Both the position numbers and the translations under genes were made by a program. Positions 29,518 through 39,715 of a stretch of 64,000 bases of DNA are shown piece by piece. The notes under the pieces are model-generated. The model was not told the origin of the DNA, made no database searches, and saw only the letters and a program-made list of their open reading frames with translations. Position 1 is the stretch's first letter; each line of letters begins with the position of its first letter. Origin of the DNA: a bacterium (GTDB lineage: Bacteria > UBA10199 > 2-02-FULL-50-16 > JAJFLM01). Location of the stretch: NCBI GenBank assembly GCA_965216315.1, contig CBDCFN010000015.1, positions 384,001 through 448,000 of the forward strand, in the 5' to 3' direction.

Positions 29518-31071
29518 TCAAACGGGGCTGACTCCATGTTTTTTTGGTAACTGCTGAACCTGTTTATTGGCCGTCAACTCCAACGCCTCCCATAGGACCT
29601 TGCGCGTATCCCGCGGATCGATGACCTCGTCGATGTAATGTCCCGCCGCCGCCTGCTCGACGGAGATACGTTTGGCATATTCCTCGACCAGTTTCTTGCG
29701 CACCTCTTCGCCGCCTTTTTCGATCTCCTTGCGGAAGATAATATTGACCGCGCCTTCTGCGCCCATTAAGGAGATCTCCGCTGAAGGCCAGGCATAGACG
29801 CGATCGGCTCCGAAGGAGCGCCCGCACATCGCGTAGTAACCCGCGCCGTACGCCTTGCGGATCACGACGGTTAGTTTGGGAACACTGGCGCGGCTAACCG
29901 CGTACAGAAGCTTGGCGCCATGCCGAATGATGCCGGCCTTTTCGACCTTGCTGCCGACCATGAAACCGGGAACGTCTTGTAAAAAGATCAACGGGATGTT
30001 GAAGGCATCGCAGAGGTTGATGAAACGGGCGCCCTTGTCGGCCGAATCGTTATCGAGGATGCCGCCTGCGACCTGGGGTTGGCTCGCGACGATGCCGACC
30101 GGGTGACCGCCGAGACGGGCAAAGCTCGTGATCAGCGTCGGGCCGAACGCGGGTTTCAGCTCCAGCAGCGAGCCACTGTCCGCAATAAGCTTGAGGATGT
30201 CGCGCATGTCGTAGGGTTGACGCGAGTTGTCGGGGAGAATGTTCAAAATTTCATCCGAGATCAACTGGCCTTTTTCTTCGGTTTCAATCTCTTGTCGCGG
30301 GGGTGTTTCCCCACTGTGCGCAGGAAAGTAACTTAAATATTTTCGGATGGTACGGATGCAGTCTTCGTCATCCGACGCTTCGTAATCGGCGACCCCGGAG
30401 ACTTCACAGTGGACGGTCGACCCGCCAAGGTCTTCGACGCTGACTTCTTCGCCGGTGACCGCCTTGACGAGCGGGGGGCCCGCGAGGGCCATCGACGAGG
30501 TCCCCGCGACCATCGGAATAAAGTCACACAAGGCGGGGATGTAGGCCGTGCCGGCGGCACAGGGTCCCATCACCGCGGCAACGGTCGGGATGACCCCGCT
30601 CATTTGGATCAACTCGTAAAATACCGAACCGCTCTCGGCGAAATGCGAGCCGGCGACCTCTTGGATGCGTGCGCCGGCAGAGTCGACCAACCAGATCAAG
30701 GGCACACGTTCCTGCACCGCCATCTGGCGGATGCGCGTCGATTTGCGTTCGTTGACCTCACCGATCGTGCCCGCCATCACGGTAAAATCGTAGGCGATGA
30801 CGTAGGCCTTGCGGCCGTTGATCGTGCCGTGTCCCGCGACCATGCCGTCGGCGGGAGTTGCCTTGTCCTTCATGTCGGGATGATAGGATTGATGGTGATC
30901 GAGGGAGCCCTGCTCGACGAAGCTCCCTTCGTCAAAAAGTTTGGCGATGCGTTCACGCGCGGTGAGTTTGCTGTCGAGGTGCTGCTTGCGCACCGCCTCC
31001 TTGCCGCCCATCTCGCGTGCCTTGGCTTGCAGCGCACTGATGTGATCGCTTTGGTCTTTAAGTTTCCCCAT
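29518..31071 (-). CDS. Acyl-CoA carboxylase carboxyltransferase (beta) subunit
   Basis: LTARERI, DSAGARIQE, QDVPGFMVG, RKAYGAG. Confidence 0.95.
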   Translation of the reverse strand: MGKLKDQSDHISALQAKAREMGGKEAVRKQHLDSKLTARERIAKLFDEGSFVEQGSLDHHQSYHPDMKDKATPADGMVAGHGTINGRKAYVIAYDFTVMAGTIGEVNERKSTRIRQMAVQERVPLIWLVDSAGARIQEVAGSHFAESGSVFYELIQMSGVIPTVAAVMGPCAAGTAYIPALCDFIPMVAGTSSMALAGPPLVKAVTGEEVSVEDLGGSTVHCEVSGVADYEASDDEDCIRTIRKYLSYFPAHSGETPPRQEIETEEKGQLISDEILNILPDNSRQPYDMRDILKLIADSGSLLELKPAFGPTLITSFARLGGHPVGIVASQPQVAGGILDNDSADKGARFINLCDAFNIPLIFLQDVPGFMVGSKVEKAGIIRHGAKLLYAVSRASVPKLTVVIRKAYGAGYYAMCGRSFGADRVYAWPSAEISLMGAEGAVNIIFRKEIEKGGEEVRKKLVEEYAKRISVEQAAAGHYIDEVIDPRDTRKVLWEALELTANKQVQQLPKKHGVSPV

Positions 31072-31129
31072 CGCGTCCTCGCATGCTCGGCGTTTTATTC
31101 ACCTTTGTCAAAAAATAATCGGATTCGCG

Positions 31130-31161
31130 TTATCATTTTGAGAATATTCTCATTTTGATAA
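31130..31161. promoter_or_regulatory. Tandem palindromic operator (same as 18976)
   Basis: TTATCAtttTGAGAA ta TTCTCAtttTGATAA. Confidence 0.7.
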
Positions 31162-31223
31162 TGAAATGAAATAAAAAACAATATAAATATCAAATAGTTA
31201 TCAAGGAAATGCCCCTTCGTGCA

Positions 31224-31239
31224 TGGCATGGTAATTGCA
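31224..31239 (+). promoter_or_regulatory. sigma54 promoter
   Basis: TGGCATGGTAATTGCA; IHF-like TATCAAATAGTTA just upstream. Confidence 0.8.
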
Positions 31240-31288
31240 TTGAAATGCACGCGACCAGTTGATTACTGATTTTAGTGAAGGGGGAGTC

Positions 31289-34048
31289 ATGCTCAAAAAG
31301 ATAATTTTGATCACATTCTGCGGTTTGTTTGTGTTCGGATTCAACATTGCAACAAGAGTTGATGCCGCCGAACTTAAAGAAGCACCTCGTGAAATAATGG
31401 TGGTGCGCCCCACGATTCTCCAACAGGACACCCTTCAAATCAACGAAGTGCCTTTTACTAAGTTGAAGCGTCTCGCCTATGAAGTGCTCGCACTTAAAGA
31501 ACAGATCGGTCAGAAAAAATATCAGGCCTGGGTCGCGCGAGAAGCGAGAATCAAAGCCTTGGCCGATCAAATATCCATTCCTAAAACGGATACGAACTTA
31601 CTCAGCCAAAACTCGATTCGGTCAAAAGTTTCCTCCAGCTTTTTTGGAAACTTATTCTCCCGCTTCTTCGGTAAGCAAGATGATGCCAAGACGATTGAAA
31701 GCAAACCAATCAAGTCGGTACTGCGACCGGAACTCGAGCAAAAGCAAATACGTGCCGCAGCTATTAAACCCAGTGCAACCCCAAGCTTCGGCAAGCTGGC
31801 CGTGCAAGAGCGCCTCAGAAATCAAGAGATAAAACGGTTGGAGAATAAAATTGCGGATAAAGTGGAGGTAATTTCCGGTTTAATTGAGTCAATCTTTGGG
31901 AGTGTTCCGACAGATGTGCAGATCGACGGCTCAAGCCTTAAACTGGAAGCGGCTGTCGCGACCATAGCTAGCTTAGCCTGGGCCGATGCCATCACCAGGC
32001 TGCCGCTTTCCGGTGTGGGTACACGTTTTAGATTAGAGGCCAACGCAAACCAGAACGTCTTTTTTGGAATTCAGCAAGATGATGCGAGCTATGCGAACTC
32101 GCCTTATTTGGCCTATTTTATGCTGCTCAATCGCATTTCCCAGTTACGATCCCAGAGTTCCCTGGATGAAGATGCGTTGCATCTTGCCTATCGCCAGCTC
32201 GAGTATCAGCAAGCGCTACTGAATAACGCCCTCTTTAATAATCCGACCCGGGGAGTTTCTGCCATCGATGCCGCGTTAACGGAGGCTATCTTAGCCCTGC
32301 ACGAGCGCTTGGTAAATAACGGCCGTTCCATTTTAGCCAAAGATTTCTTTAATAAGAATTTGCAGGTCTCGGCCTTTTTCATGGAGGCTCTTAAGTCCGT
32401 TCATACCTCGCAGTTTGTACGCTATCTGTGTTTGCCCGCGCAGATTGAGCGCCTTGATAGCATCACCTGGGCGGAACAGTGCGATAAAAGCGAAAACAGC
32501 CTACTGTATAAAACGATTGGTGGTGCCAATTATGCAAATTCGGCGCTTAAGCTACGAGGTGGTTTGCTGATCGCCGAACCCAAGGTGCGGGGCATGCCCC
32601 TGGCCATGTTGAATCTCAATGGTGGTGCCTTATTTGGCCATCCGGCCATGAGCCTAATAGAATTTTTTCAGAATCACTATCTGGACCCTGTGAGTCTCGG
32701 CGAAGGATGCTCGGCCCACGAAGCCGTTGCCAACGGGGGCGCCTGTAAGAGTCAGATTTCCTGTCAAATTCAGGCTGCTTTGGCCAGTGGGGGCAGCATT
32801 GATCCCATGCTACCTGGTCTGACTCCCTTGACCGGTACCTTGCACTCCGAATTTACGGTTCACGGGGTCGCACGGAGTGAGTTGGATATCTCATTTTGCG
32901 GCGCTGCTGGGAGTAAGCCTGGTGGTAGTTTTCTAGGACGCGACTGGTCCTGTCTCTTGCCGACGCGGAGTTCACCCTTTGGTCCGATTGATCCGGCCAC
33001 GGGTAATTTTGTCAGCGGTGAAATCCGAAGGATTCACGAATGTGTGGGCGAGACGGCTTTGGCTGATGGACTTGTCGAGGTCTCTTTGTCTGTCGATGGT
33101 GGACCGTCCTTTAAACAAATCAGTCGTGACTGCATGGGGGATTTTGCTAGCGATACGCGCGCGGAACAAATGGCTCGAAGCACTCGCGGCAGTTTTGAAC
33201 AAATATTTGGACGTACGGGTGAGCTTTTTCAGGGCGATGGAAAGAGTTTTACAAACCATTGTCGATCACTCGCTGGGTTCTTGGCACCGGGAGCGAGTGC
33301 ATCTGTTGAGGCCTTTATGCAGGCTGAAGCCGAAACAATAGTTTCTCGCGCGATTCAACAAGCGGAGCAAGACTTTGCTTCCGCAGAAATGAGAATTGAT
33401 TTTCCAGTTGAGGGTGAAACGGATCAATCCCGGACTCGACTGCACAATTTTGCCAAGCGAGTCGCGTCTATTGCTATCGGTCTCATGAAGCGTCAAATGG
33501 GGGGCGGACAAGGGTTGCCAGAAGCTGACGCGGGAGAAGCCGTCGCTAGAGATCGCATTGAGCAAGCGAGCGAGGATTATGAAAGACAAACGCAAACCGC
33601 AGACGCGGGCACTTCAAATCAATGCGATCCGGCCTCGAGCGCTCGGTGCTCTAGTGCCTGTACCCCCTTCGATCAAATGCTGGCCGATCAAATGGAATGT
33701 CCGGATGGCGATTCAACAGCGGAAGGCATTAGAGCTGCCGCCTGTCTCTTTGCGGTGGATACCTGTGGGGACATCGCCCAAGAGGCTGCGGACATGCAGA
33801 TCAATAGCCTAACGGCCTGCTTTGAGGCCCCGGAGCTGAGGACTTTTGCGAGTTGTATCGCGTCTAACTGTCCGGAAGATAATCCTACTTGCTGCGCCGA
33901 GGCCGGGGGCGAGGCGCCGGCAGCGACGGCCGAAGACCTGACGGGTGTCGGGACGCCGGGTGCCAATCCAGGTCCTGAGGGCGGCTTTGCGCCCAGCGAT
34001 GATAGTCCAAGGATTCCGGTGGTCATTGGAGGGCCCCGCGGCAATTGA
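31289..34048 (+). CDS. Large secreted hypothetical protein, Cys-rich C-terminal half
   Basis: Signal peptide, RBS ggag; no family recognised. Confidence 0.8.
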   Translation: MLKKIILITFCGLFVFGFNIATRVDAAELKEAPREIMVVRPTILQQDTLQINEVPFTKLKRLAYEVLALKEQIGQKKYQAWVAREARIKALADQISIPKTDTNLLSQNSIRSKVSSSFFGNLFSRFFGKQDDAKTIESKPIKSVLRPELEQKQIRAAAIKPSATPSFGKLAVQERLRNQEIKRLENKIADKVEVISGLIESIFGSVPTDVQIDGSSLKLEAAVATIASLAWADAITRLPLSGVGTRFRLEANANQNVFFGIQQDDASYANSPYLAYFMLLNRISQLRSQSSLDEDALHLAYRQLEYQQALLNNALFNNPTRGVSAIDAALTEAILALHERLVNNGRSILAKDFFNKNLQVSAFFMEALKSVHTSQFVRYLCLPAQIERLDSITWAEQCDKSENSLLYKTIGGANYANSALKLRGGLLIAEPKVRGMPLAMLNLNGGALFGHPAMSLIEFFQNHYLDPVSLGEGCSAHEAVANGGACKSQISCQIQAALASGGSIDPMLPGLTPLTGTLHSEFTVHGVARSELDISFCGAAGSKPGGSFLGRDWSCLLPTRSSPFGPIDPATGNFVSGEIRRIHECVGETALADGLVEVSLSVDGGPSFKQISRDCMGDFASDTRAEQMARSTRGSFEQIFGRTGELFQGDGKSFTNHCRSLAGFLAPGASASVEAFMQAEAETIVSRAIQQAEQDFASAEMRIDFPVEGETDQSRTRLHNFAKRVASIAIGLMKRQMGGGQGLPEADAGEAVARDRIEQASEDYERQTQTADAGTSNQCDPASSARCSSACTPFDQMLADQMECPDGDSTAEGIRAAACLFAVDTCGDIAQEAADMQINSLTACFEAPELRTFASCIASNCPEDNPTCCAEAGGEAPAATAEDLTGVGTPGANPGPEGGFAPSDDSPRIPVVIGGPRGN

Positions 34049-34139
34049 GCGAGGATTTCGTCGGCCTTATCTTTGAGTTGGCTTAAAAAAGCCGTTTCTA
34101 GCCGCTTTCAGCCAATTTTTCGAAAATTTGCTAATTTTC

Positions 34140-34166
34140 GCAACCTTGCGACTTAAGGGCCGATAA
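34140..34166 (+). promoter_or_regulatory. sigma28-like promoter
   Basis: GCAAC-N14-GCCGATAA. Confidence 0.7.
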
Positions 34167-34246
34167 CGCTTCTGTGTGTAAGGTGTGTGCGTTGGGTGCT
34201 GATAACCTTATCCCAATAATATGAAAATTCTCATGGAGGTGCGATC

Positions 34247-34957
34247 ATGGGTGTTGATCCATTGCAAACGGCGGGTTCTTTTGCGGAAGCGCTGAGTCTC
34301 TATACCAATAATAACGAGTTACAGGTTCCGACTGACATACCGGCTGACGGTATCCCCCTCGCCAACTACCTGGATCCGGTGATCCTCGGTCAGTTCGAGG
34401 CGCGGATGGGGAGCAATACCCAGCTCCGCGGGGAATGGCTGCAGGCCAAGGCGGCCGTGGATTTTTTACAGACGACTGTGAATAGCATGGGAACCGATCC
34501 CGATCCGCTGACGATTTCGGCGGCGGAGTTTCGCCTGCTCAGTGCCGAGTCGCAAGCGGATGTCTTATTGGCACTCGGTGTGTTGCAATTATTCGCCGAA
34601 TCGACGTCGAGCCAGTCACAGGTCGAGGTGCTTGCTACGGAAGGAAACTACTACCGTGCGGACCCCTTAAATCTCGTTATTACGCGACCGGAGAATTCGG
34701 AACCGGTGGAAGCGACGCTACGCTTTGTCTCTGGCGGTCCGGAGCACACCATAACGGTCACTTTACAACCGGGCCAAAACGAAATTGAATTCCTGGCGGC
34801 CGGTAAAGCGCGTGAACTCGCCAATGGGATGCCACGGCGGCGTTGGAGTGGAGCCATTGAGGTCGTCGTTGCTGATGAAGGGACGGTAACAACTGATAAT
34901 GTTGTCTTGCGCGGCAGTGGTGGCGCAGGCTACCGTACCATGCCTCCACCGCTCTAA
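34247..34957 (+). CDS. Hypothetical protein
   Basis: RBS ggagg; 236-aa ORF. Confidence 0.75.
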   Translation: MGVDPLQTAGSFAEALSLYTNNNELQVPTDIPADGIPLANYLDPVILGQFEARMGSNTQLRGEWLQAKAAVDFLQTTVNSMGTDPDPLTISAAEFRLLSAESQADVLLALGVLQLFAESTSSQSQVEVLATEGNYYRADPLNLVITRPENSEPVEATLRFVSGGPEHTITVTLQPGQNEIEFLAAGKARELANGMPRRRWSGAIEVVVADEGTVTTDNVVLRGSGGAGYRTMPPPL

Positions 34958-34960
34958 TTG

Positions 34961-35605
34961 CTAGGGCGTCTTCGTAGATTCCGGAGCCGTTTCTTGCACG
35001 ACCCCTGCACTGATGATGATCTTCATCGCCAGTTCGACCTTCATATCGAGGATGATCAGATCTTCTTCGGGTAACATCAGCATGTAGCCAGAGGTGGGAT
35101 TCGGCGTGGTGGGGAGGAAGACGTTGACGAGTTTCTGGCTGGTCTTGGCCTGAATCTCGCCACTTGCTTCGGTCGTGACGAAGGCTAGGGCGTAGCTGCC
35201 CTTGCGCGGGTATTCAATCAAGGCGACCTGCTTAAAACTCTTGCCTTCTTCCGAAAAGGTCAACGAGACGAACTGCTTAAGGGCCCGGTAGACGCCCTTG
35301 CCGAAGGGGACCTTGAGGAGGATGCGGTCACCAAGGTGCAATAGCTTCTTCCCGAAATAGAGTCGTGTCAGCACACCCACTAACAAGATAATTGCGATCG
35401 TCATCACGATGCCGACGCCGGGGATTTCGCGGCCAAAGATCTGTTCCGGTTGGAGAAACTTCGGCATCAGCGAACGGAAGAAATCATCGGCCCACAAGAT
35501 CAAGACCTTGAGGATCCAGATCGTCATGACGATGGGGATGAGGGTCGCCAGTCCGGCCAAGAAATAATTTTTGAGGATGGTGCGGAGTGTCGAGAAGGCG
35601 GACAT
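34961..35605 (-). CDS. DUF502 membrane protein
   Basis: FLAGL..LIP, IEYPRKG, FLPTTPNPTSG. Confidence 0.92.
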   Translation of the reverse strand: MSAFSTLRTILKNYFLAGLATLIPIVMTIWILKVLILWADDFFRSLMPKFLQPEQIFGREIPGVGIVMTIAIILLVGVLTRLYFGKKLLHLGDRILLKVPFGKGVYRALKQFVSLTFSEEGKSFKQVALIEYPRKGSYALAFVTTEASGEIQAKTSQKLVNVFLPTTPNPTSGYMLMLPEEDLIILDMKVELAMKIIISAGVVQETAPESTKTP

Positions 35606-36861
35606 TATTTGAGGCTCACACCGTCTACGTAGATCTTGGTGATGCGTTCCGGGGTCGTTTCGTTGATGAGGGTCAGTGCCACTTGTTCGAGGGGAAGTTT
35701 GTCATTGGTTTCAACGACGATAAAATCGGCCGCCTTATTCGCTTCGATCGAACCACTGACGTCATTCCAACCGATGGCTTGGGCCCCTTCGAGGGTCGCC
35801 ATGCGGAGGAGTTCCTCGGCGCTGAGTGATTCATTGGCGATGTCACCGTGGAGTTTGAGCGCGGCGCGCAACAGGTCCCAGACGGATTGCTGCGTGGCGG
35901 CCCCAAAGGTGCCGGTGCCGAGGCCAACCGAGACGCCTTGGGCTCTCAATTTGCGCACGGGGGCGAGGCCCAGGTCAAAGTAACGGGCACTGGCCGGGAG
36001 ATGCGCGACCTTGCAGCCGGAGCCTTTAATCGTGGCAAAGTCATCCTCAGCGAGATGAGTGCAACCGACTAAAAGCGGGCGACAGCGGAGAAAGCCGACT
36101 TCCGCGAGAAACTGAATCGGCGTCTTGCGTTGGGCGAGCGGTCGTTCTTCTTCCCAGCCCAAACGGGGAAAGAAAATGTCCGCGATCTCCCCTTTGGACT
36201 CATAGAAAAATTCCATTTCGCTAAAACTCGAAGCGGCGCGCAGGCTGACCGGGAGTCCGGCGCCACGGGCATGCTGGGAGATGATCGTGAGTAATTGTCG
36301 CGACAAAGCGTAGGGGGAGTAGGGAGCGATGCCGGGGCGAATGCGTGCGAGGTTCAATTCTCTGATGTCATCGACGAGTTCAAAGGCGGCATCGTAGTGG
36401 GCTTGTTGTTCTTTTTTTGGAGCCCCGGTGATTTCCGGGGAAACGAGCAGGCGGAGGCCGGCTTCTTTGACCGTCTCGAGGATGCCGGAATAGTTGCTGG
36501 TATCGGCGATGGTTGTCACCCCCCAAGACAGGGCACGTTGCAACCCTTCTAGAATCGCGGCGCGCCGTTTGACGGCGGATTGTTCCCGCCGAAATTCTAG
36601 GGCTTCAATCTGCCATTCGATGTAACGCGCGGGGATTTCCTCCGGATTGTAGACGCTCATGTCCAAACAGGCATGCGTATTGACCAGACCGGGCATCAAG
36701 GCGTGGTGATCAAAACGGCGGAACGGGGCGTCGGGGTACTGGGCGGCGAGTTCTTTCTGGGTCCCGACGGCGATAATCTTGGCGCCCTCGATCGCGATGG
36801 CCCCCTCGAGGATGGGAGGGCCGGCGATGGGCAGGACGTAGCGAGCGCCTATAATCTCCAT
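35605..36861 (-). CDS. Amidohydrolase-family protein (MtaD-like) with degenerate metal ligands
   Basis: MPGLVNTH, GVTTIAD, LRMATLEGA, GSIEANKAADF. Confidence 0.85.
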   Translation of the reverse strand: MEIIGARYVLPIAGPPILEGAIAIEGAKIIAVGTQKELAAQYPDAPFRRFDHHALMPGLVNTHACLDMSVYNPEEIPARYIEWQIEALEFRREQSAVKRRAAILEGLQRALSWGVTTIADTSNYSGILETVKEAGLRLLVSPEITGAPKKEQQAHYDAAFELVDDIRELNLARIRPGIAPYSPYALSRQLLTIISQHARGAGLPVSLRAASSFSEMEFFYESKGEIADIFFPRLGWEEERPLAQRKTPIQFLAEVGFLRCRPLLVGCTHLAEDDFATIKGSGCKVAHLPASARYFDLGLAPVRKLRAQGVSVGLGTGTFGAATQQSVWDLLRAALKLHGDIANESLSAEELLRMATLEGAQAIGWNDVSGSIEANKAADFIVVETNDKLPLEQVALTLINETTPERITKIYVDGVSLK

Positions 36862-36885
36862 GGAAGGAGCACTAGCAGAGGGCTT

Positions 36886-37731
36886 TCAGGGATGCAAGAC
36901 ACAGTTATCGATGAGCCGTACCGGACCGACGAAGGCCGCGACGGCATAGACCGCATCACTTTCCACGGTTGTAATCTTTTTCAAGCTCTCGGCGTCTCGA
37001 ATGGCCGCATAGTCCATGATGACGGTTTTCTCCCCGTTTAGGAGTTGATTCGCAGCGCCCAAGAGGCGTTCGACATTGCGTTCACCGCTGTTGAAAGCGG
37101 CCTGCACGGCCTGTGTGGAACGAGACAGGACGAGGGCATGTTGGCGTTCCACTTCATTGAGGCGGCGATTGCGGGAGCTCAAGGCGAGGCCGTCGGGCTC
37201 TCGGACAATGGGATGGGGAATGATTTTAATCCGCAAGTTTAGATCCATGACCATGCGGCGTATCATTGCGAGCTGTTGGAAGTCTTTTTCTCCGAAGACG
37301 GCGACGTCCGGAAGGACCATGTTAAAAAGTTTCAGTACGACGGTGGCGACGCCATCAAAGTGACCTTTGCGAGCCGCGCCACAGAGATCCTTGGTCACCT
37401 TTTTAACTTGTACATTGGTCTGGAAGCCCTCAGGGTACATTTCAGCCACGCTTGGAATGAAGACGGCATCGACGCCTTCGGCCTTACATATGAATAGATC
37501 GTCCGCTTCACCTCGCGGGTATTCTTTTAAGTCTTCCTTGTTATCAAATTGGAGCGGATTGACGAAGATCGAGACGACGACTTGATCCGCATGTTGGTGG
37601 GCGTAGTTAATGAGGCTGACGTGGCCCTCGTGTAAGGCGCCCATGGTCGGAACCAGGCCCAGCTTACGGTCCCTGCTCTTTGTTTCGCGAGACCACGACT
37701 GCATTTCGGCGACGGTGCGGATGACTTCCAT
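36886..37731 (-). CDS. panC: Pantoate-beta-alanine ligase
   Basis: PTMGALHEGH, FGEKDFQQ, LALSSRN, RLIDN. Confidence 0.97.
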   Translation of the reverse strand: MEVIRTVAEMQSWSRETKSRDRKLGLVPTMGALHEGHVSLINYAHQHADQVVVSIFVNPLQFDNKEDLKEYPRGEADDLFICKAEGVDAVFIPSVAEMYPEGFQTNVQVKKVTKDLCGAARKGHFDGVATVVLKLFNMVLPDVAVFGEKDFQQLAMIRRMVMDLNLRIKIIPHPIVREPDGLALSSRNRRLNEVERQHALVLSRSTQAVQAAFNSGERNVERLLGAANQLLNGEKTVIMDYAAIRDAESLKKITTVESDAVYAVAAFVGPVRLIDNCVLHP

Positions 37732-37794
37732 GGCTTTAGCCTCGCACAAATGCCGCATAAATTCATCCGGAGATTAACAGTGGTGCGCCGTATT

Positions 37795-38760
37795 TTAAGG
37801 GTAGCGGGTGTATGAACCTGGAGTCCAGTCGAATGAGCGGATCATCTCTTCTGAGACTTCCATGGGTTCTGATGAATCGACATGTGTGTTTTCACCGGCT
37901 CGAGCAGCTTCGACCATGGCCTCCCAGTAATGATAGGCCTCACCTTCATGTGCCCTTAGGCGGTGTACGCCATGGGGAGACAAAAACCCCCCGTCGTTGA
38001 GTTCGGGCGCATACCAGTCATAGATCGATTGGAGTTTGTCTTGAATGATCTCGGGTGCCACTCCATTCAACGCCATCTCAATGATGCCTTTATACTCCCC
38101 TAGCCGTGCACGATCATTCTGACTTAACCTAGTTAGATTGTGGCGCTGAACGGATTCGCTATCCCTGCGCAACCTATTGGCTTTGATATTGCGACCTCCT
38201 TGGTGGCCTTCATGGAGAGGAATCCCATAGATTTTTCGAGACTCTGAACCCCTTCGCAACATATTACGATCTTTGTCGGTCCATGCGGAAACCGATATGT
38301 AGGGTCGGTCATCCTCTCTCAACACGTTGGTGAGATTGGGAGGACTGACCAGGTAGAACAGACCAGTGGCGAGGACCTCCTCGGAGGTGTCTCGTGATAG
38401 GACTTGCAAGCCGTTCGCAATCACAATTCCGGTCCAGCTGAGCAATGCAGTGCGCTCTTCACTTACCGCTAAGATTAATTCCTGAACCCCCCGAGCCAAT
38501 AAACGGCTTGTAGTTTTCCCTGCATGTGAAACGGGTTCTGTTTGCAAAAACTCATGAAAGTGGTGACCGTCAGGGCTCAAGAAAATACGTCGTGTGGGTG
38601 TAAAATTATTGTGTAAACTAGACGTTATTTCGACCAAATGCGTTCCAGTACTATGATCGACTAAGACCTGCGCCTCAGGGAATGGTTGCTGGCGATAAAT
38701 CTGGGTTAAAGCTCCGGGCACGAGGCCACGCAAGAAATGATTAAAGATACCTGCAGACAT
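37795..38760 (-). CDS. Orphan protein inserted between panB and panC
   Basis: About 320-aa ORF with RBS ggag; no motifs. Confidence 0.7.
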   Translation of the reverse strand: MSAGIFNHFLRGLVPGALTQIYRQQPFPEAQVLVDHSTGTHLVEITSSLHNNFTPTRRIFLSPDGHHFHEFLQTEPVSHAGKTTSRLLARGVQELILAVSEERTALLSWTGIVIANGLQVLSRDTSEEVLATGLFYLVSPPNLTNVLREDDRPYISVSAWTDKDRNMLRRGSESRKIYGIPLHEGHQGGRNIKANRLRRDSESVQRHNLTRLSQNDRARLGEYKGIIEMALNGVAPEIIQDKLQSIYDWYAPELNDGGFLSPHGVHRLRAHEGEAYHYWEAMVEAARAGENTHVDSSEPMEVSEEMIRSFDWTPGSYTRYP

Positions 38761-38863
38761 GACAACTCCCTTCAAAACCTTCTAGAAGGTTACACTACCA
38801 CACTCTCTGCGGCCCTTATCGAGTGGAATTTAGAAAAGTTGTGCCTTGGTCAGTCGAATTATC

Positions 38864-39715
38864 TTAGGATTTCTTTTCTAGAGGCGCGGGTATCTCTTTT
38901 CTTTTTAAAGAAAAGCTCTCATCTTCACTCGGAAACGAGCCGTTGCGCACATCGCTGGCGTAGTGGTTGACGGCCTCGCGTATCGTGTCTTCCAGGGCGG
39001 CATAACGGCGCAAAAACTTCGGTTGAAAACTGTTGTCCATTCCCAACATGTCATTGATGACGAGGACTTGACCGTCGCAGTGGGGACCCGAGCCGATGCC
39101 GATTGTCGGGATGGTCAACGACGCGCTGACCTTCTGAGCGACTTCGGCGGGGATGCCTTCAAGGACGAGGGCGCAACAGCCGGCATGCTCTAACGCATGT
39201 GCCTCGCGGATCAGTTCTTGGGCTTCATCGGGGGTCTTGCCCTGGATGCGATACCCTCCCATCGCGTGGACGGATTGCGGTTGGAGACCAATGTGTCCCA
39301 CGACCGGGATGCCGATCGTGACCATCTTTTCGACGGCGGGCAGAACTTCGTCGCCGCCTTCTAATTTGACCGCTTGGGCCCGACCTTCTTTTAAAAGACG
39401 GCCGGCATTACGAATCGCTTCGTCGACCGAGGCCTGATAGGACAGAAAGGGCATGTCGGTGACGATGAGCGGACGCGGCGCTCCACGCGCGACACAGGCT
39501 GAGTGATAAATCATTTCGTCGATCGTGACGGGTAGAGTGCTGTCTTTGCCTTGGACGACCATCCCGAGCGAGTCGCCGACGAGCAGGACATCGATATCCG
39601 TCGCGTTTAAGATACGTGCCATCGCGTGGTCGTAACAGGTGACCATCGTGATCGGCTCACCGGCGGTTTTTTTCTGCCGCAGCTTAGGGATGGTGAATGA
39701 GTCCGGGTTCTTCAT
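38864..39715 (-). CDS. panB: 3-methyl-2-oxobutanoate hydroxymethyltransferase
   Basis: LVGDSLGM, VKLEGG, GHIGL.PQ, DGQVLV. Confidence 0.97.
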   Translation of the reverse strand: MKNPDSFTIPKLRQKKTAGEPITMVTCYDHAMARILNATDIDVLLVGDSLGMVVQGKDSTLPVTIDEMIYHSACVARGAPRPLIVTDMPFLSYQASVDEAIRNAGRLLKEGRAQAVKLEGGDEVLPAVEKMVTIGIPVVGHIGLQPQSVHAMGGYRIQGKTPDEAQELIREAHALEHAGCCALVLEGIPAEVAQKVSASLTIPTIGIGSGPHCDGQVLVINDMLGMDNSFQPKFLRRYAALEDTIREAVNHYASDVRNGSFPSEDESFSLKRKEIPAPLEKKS

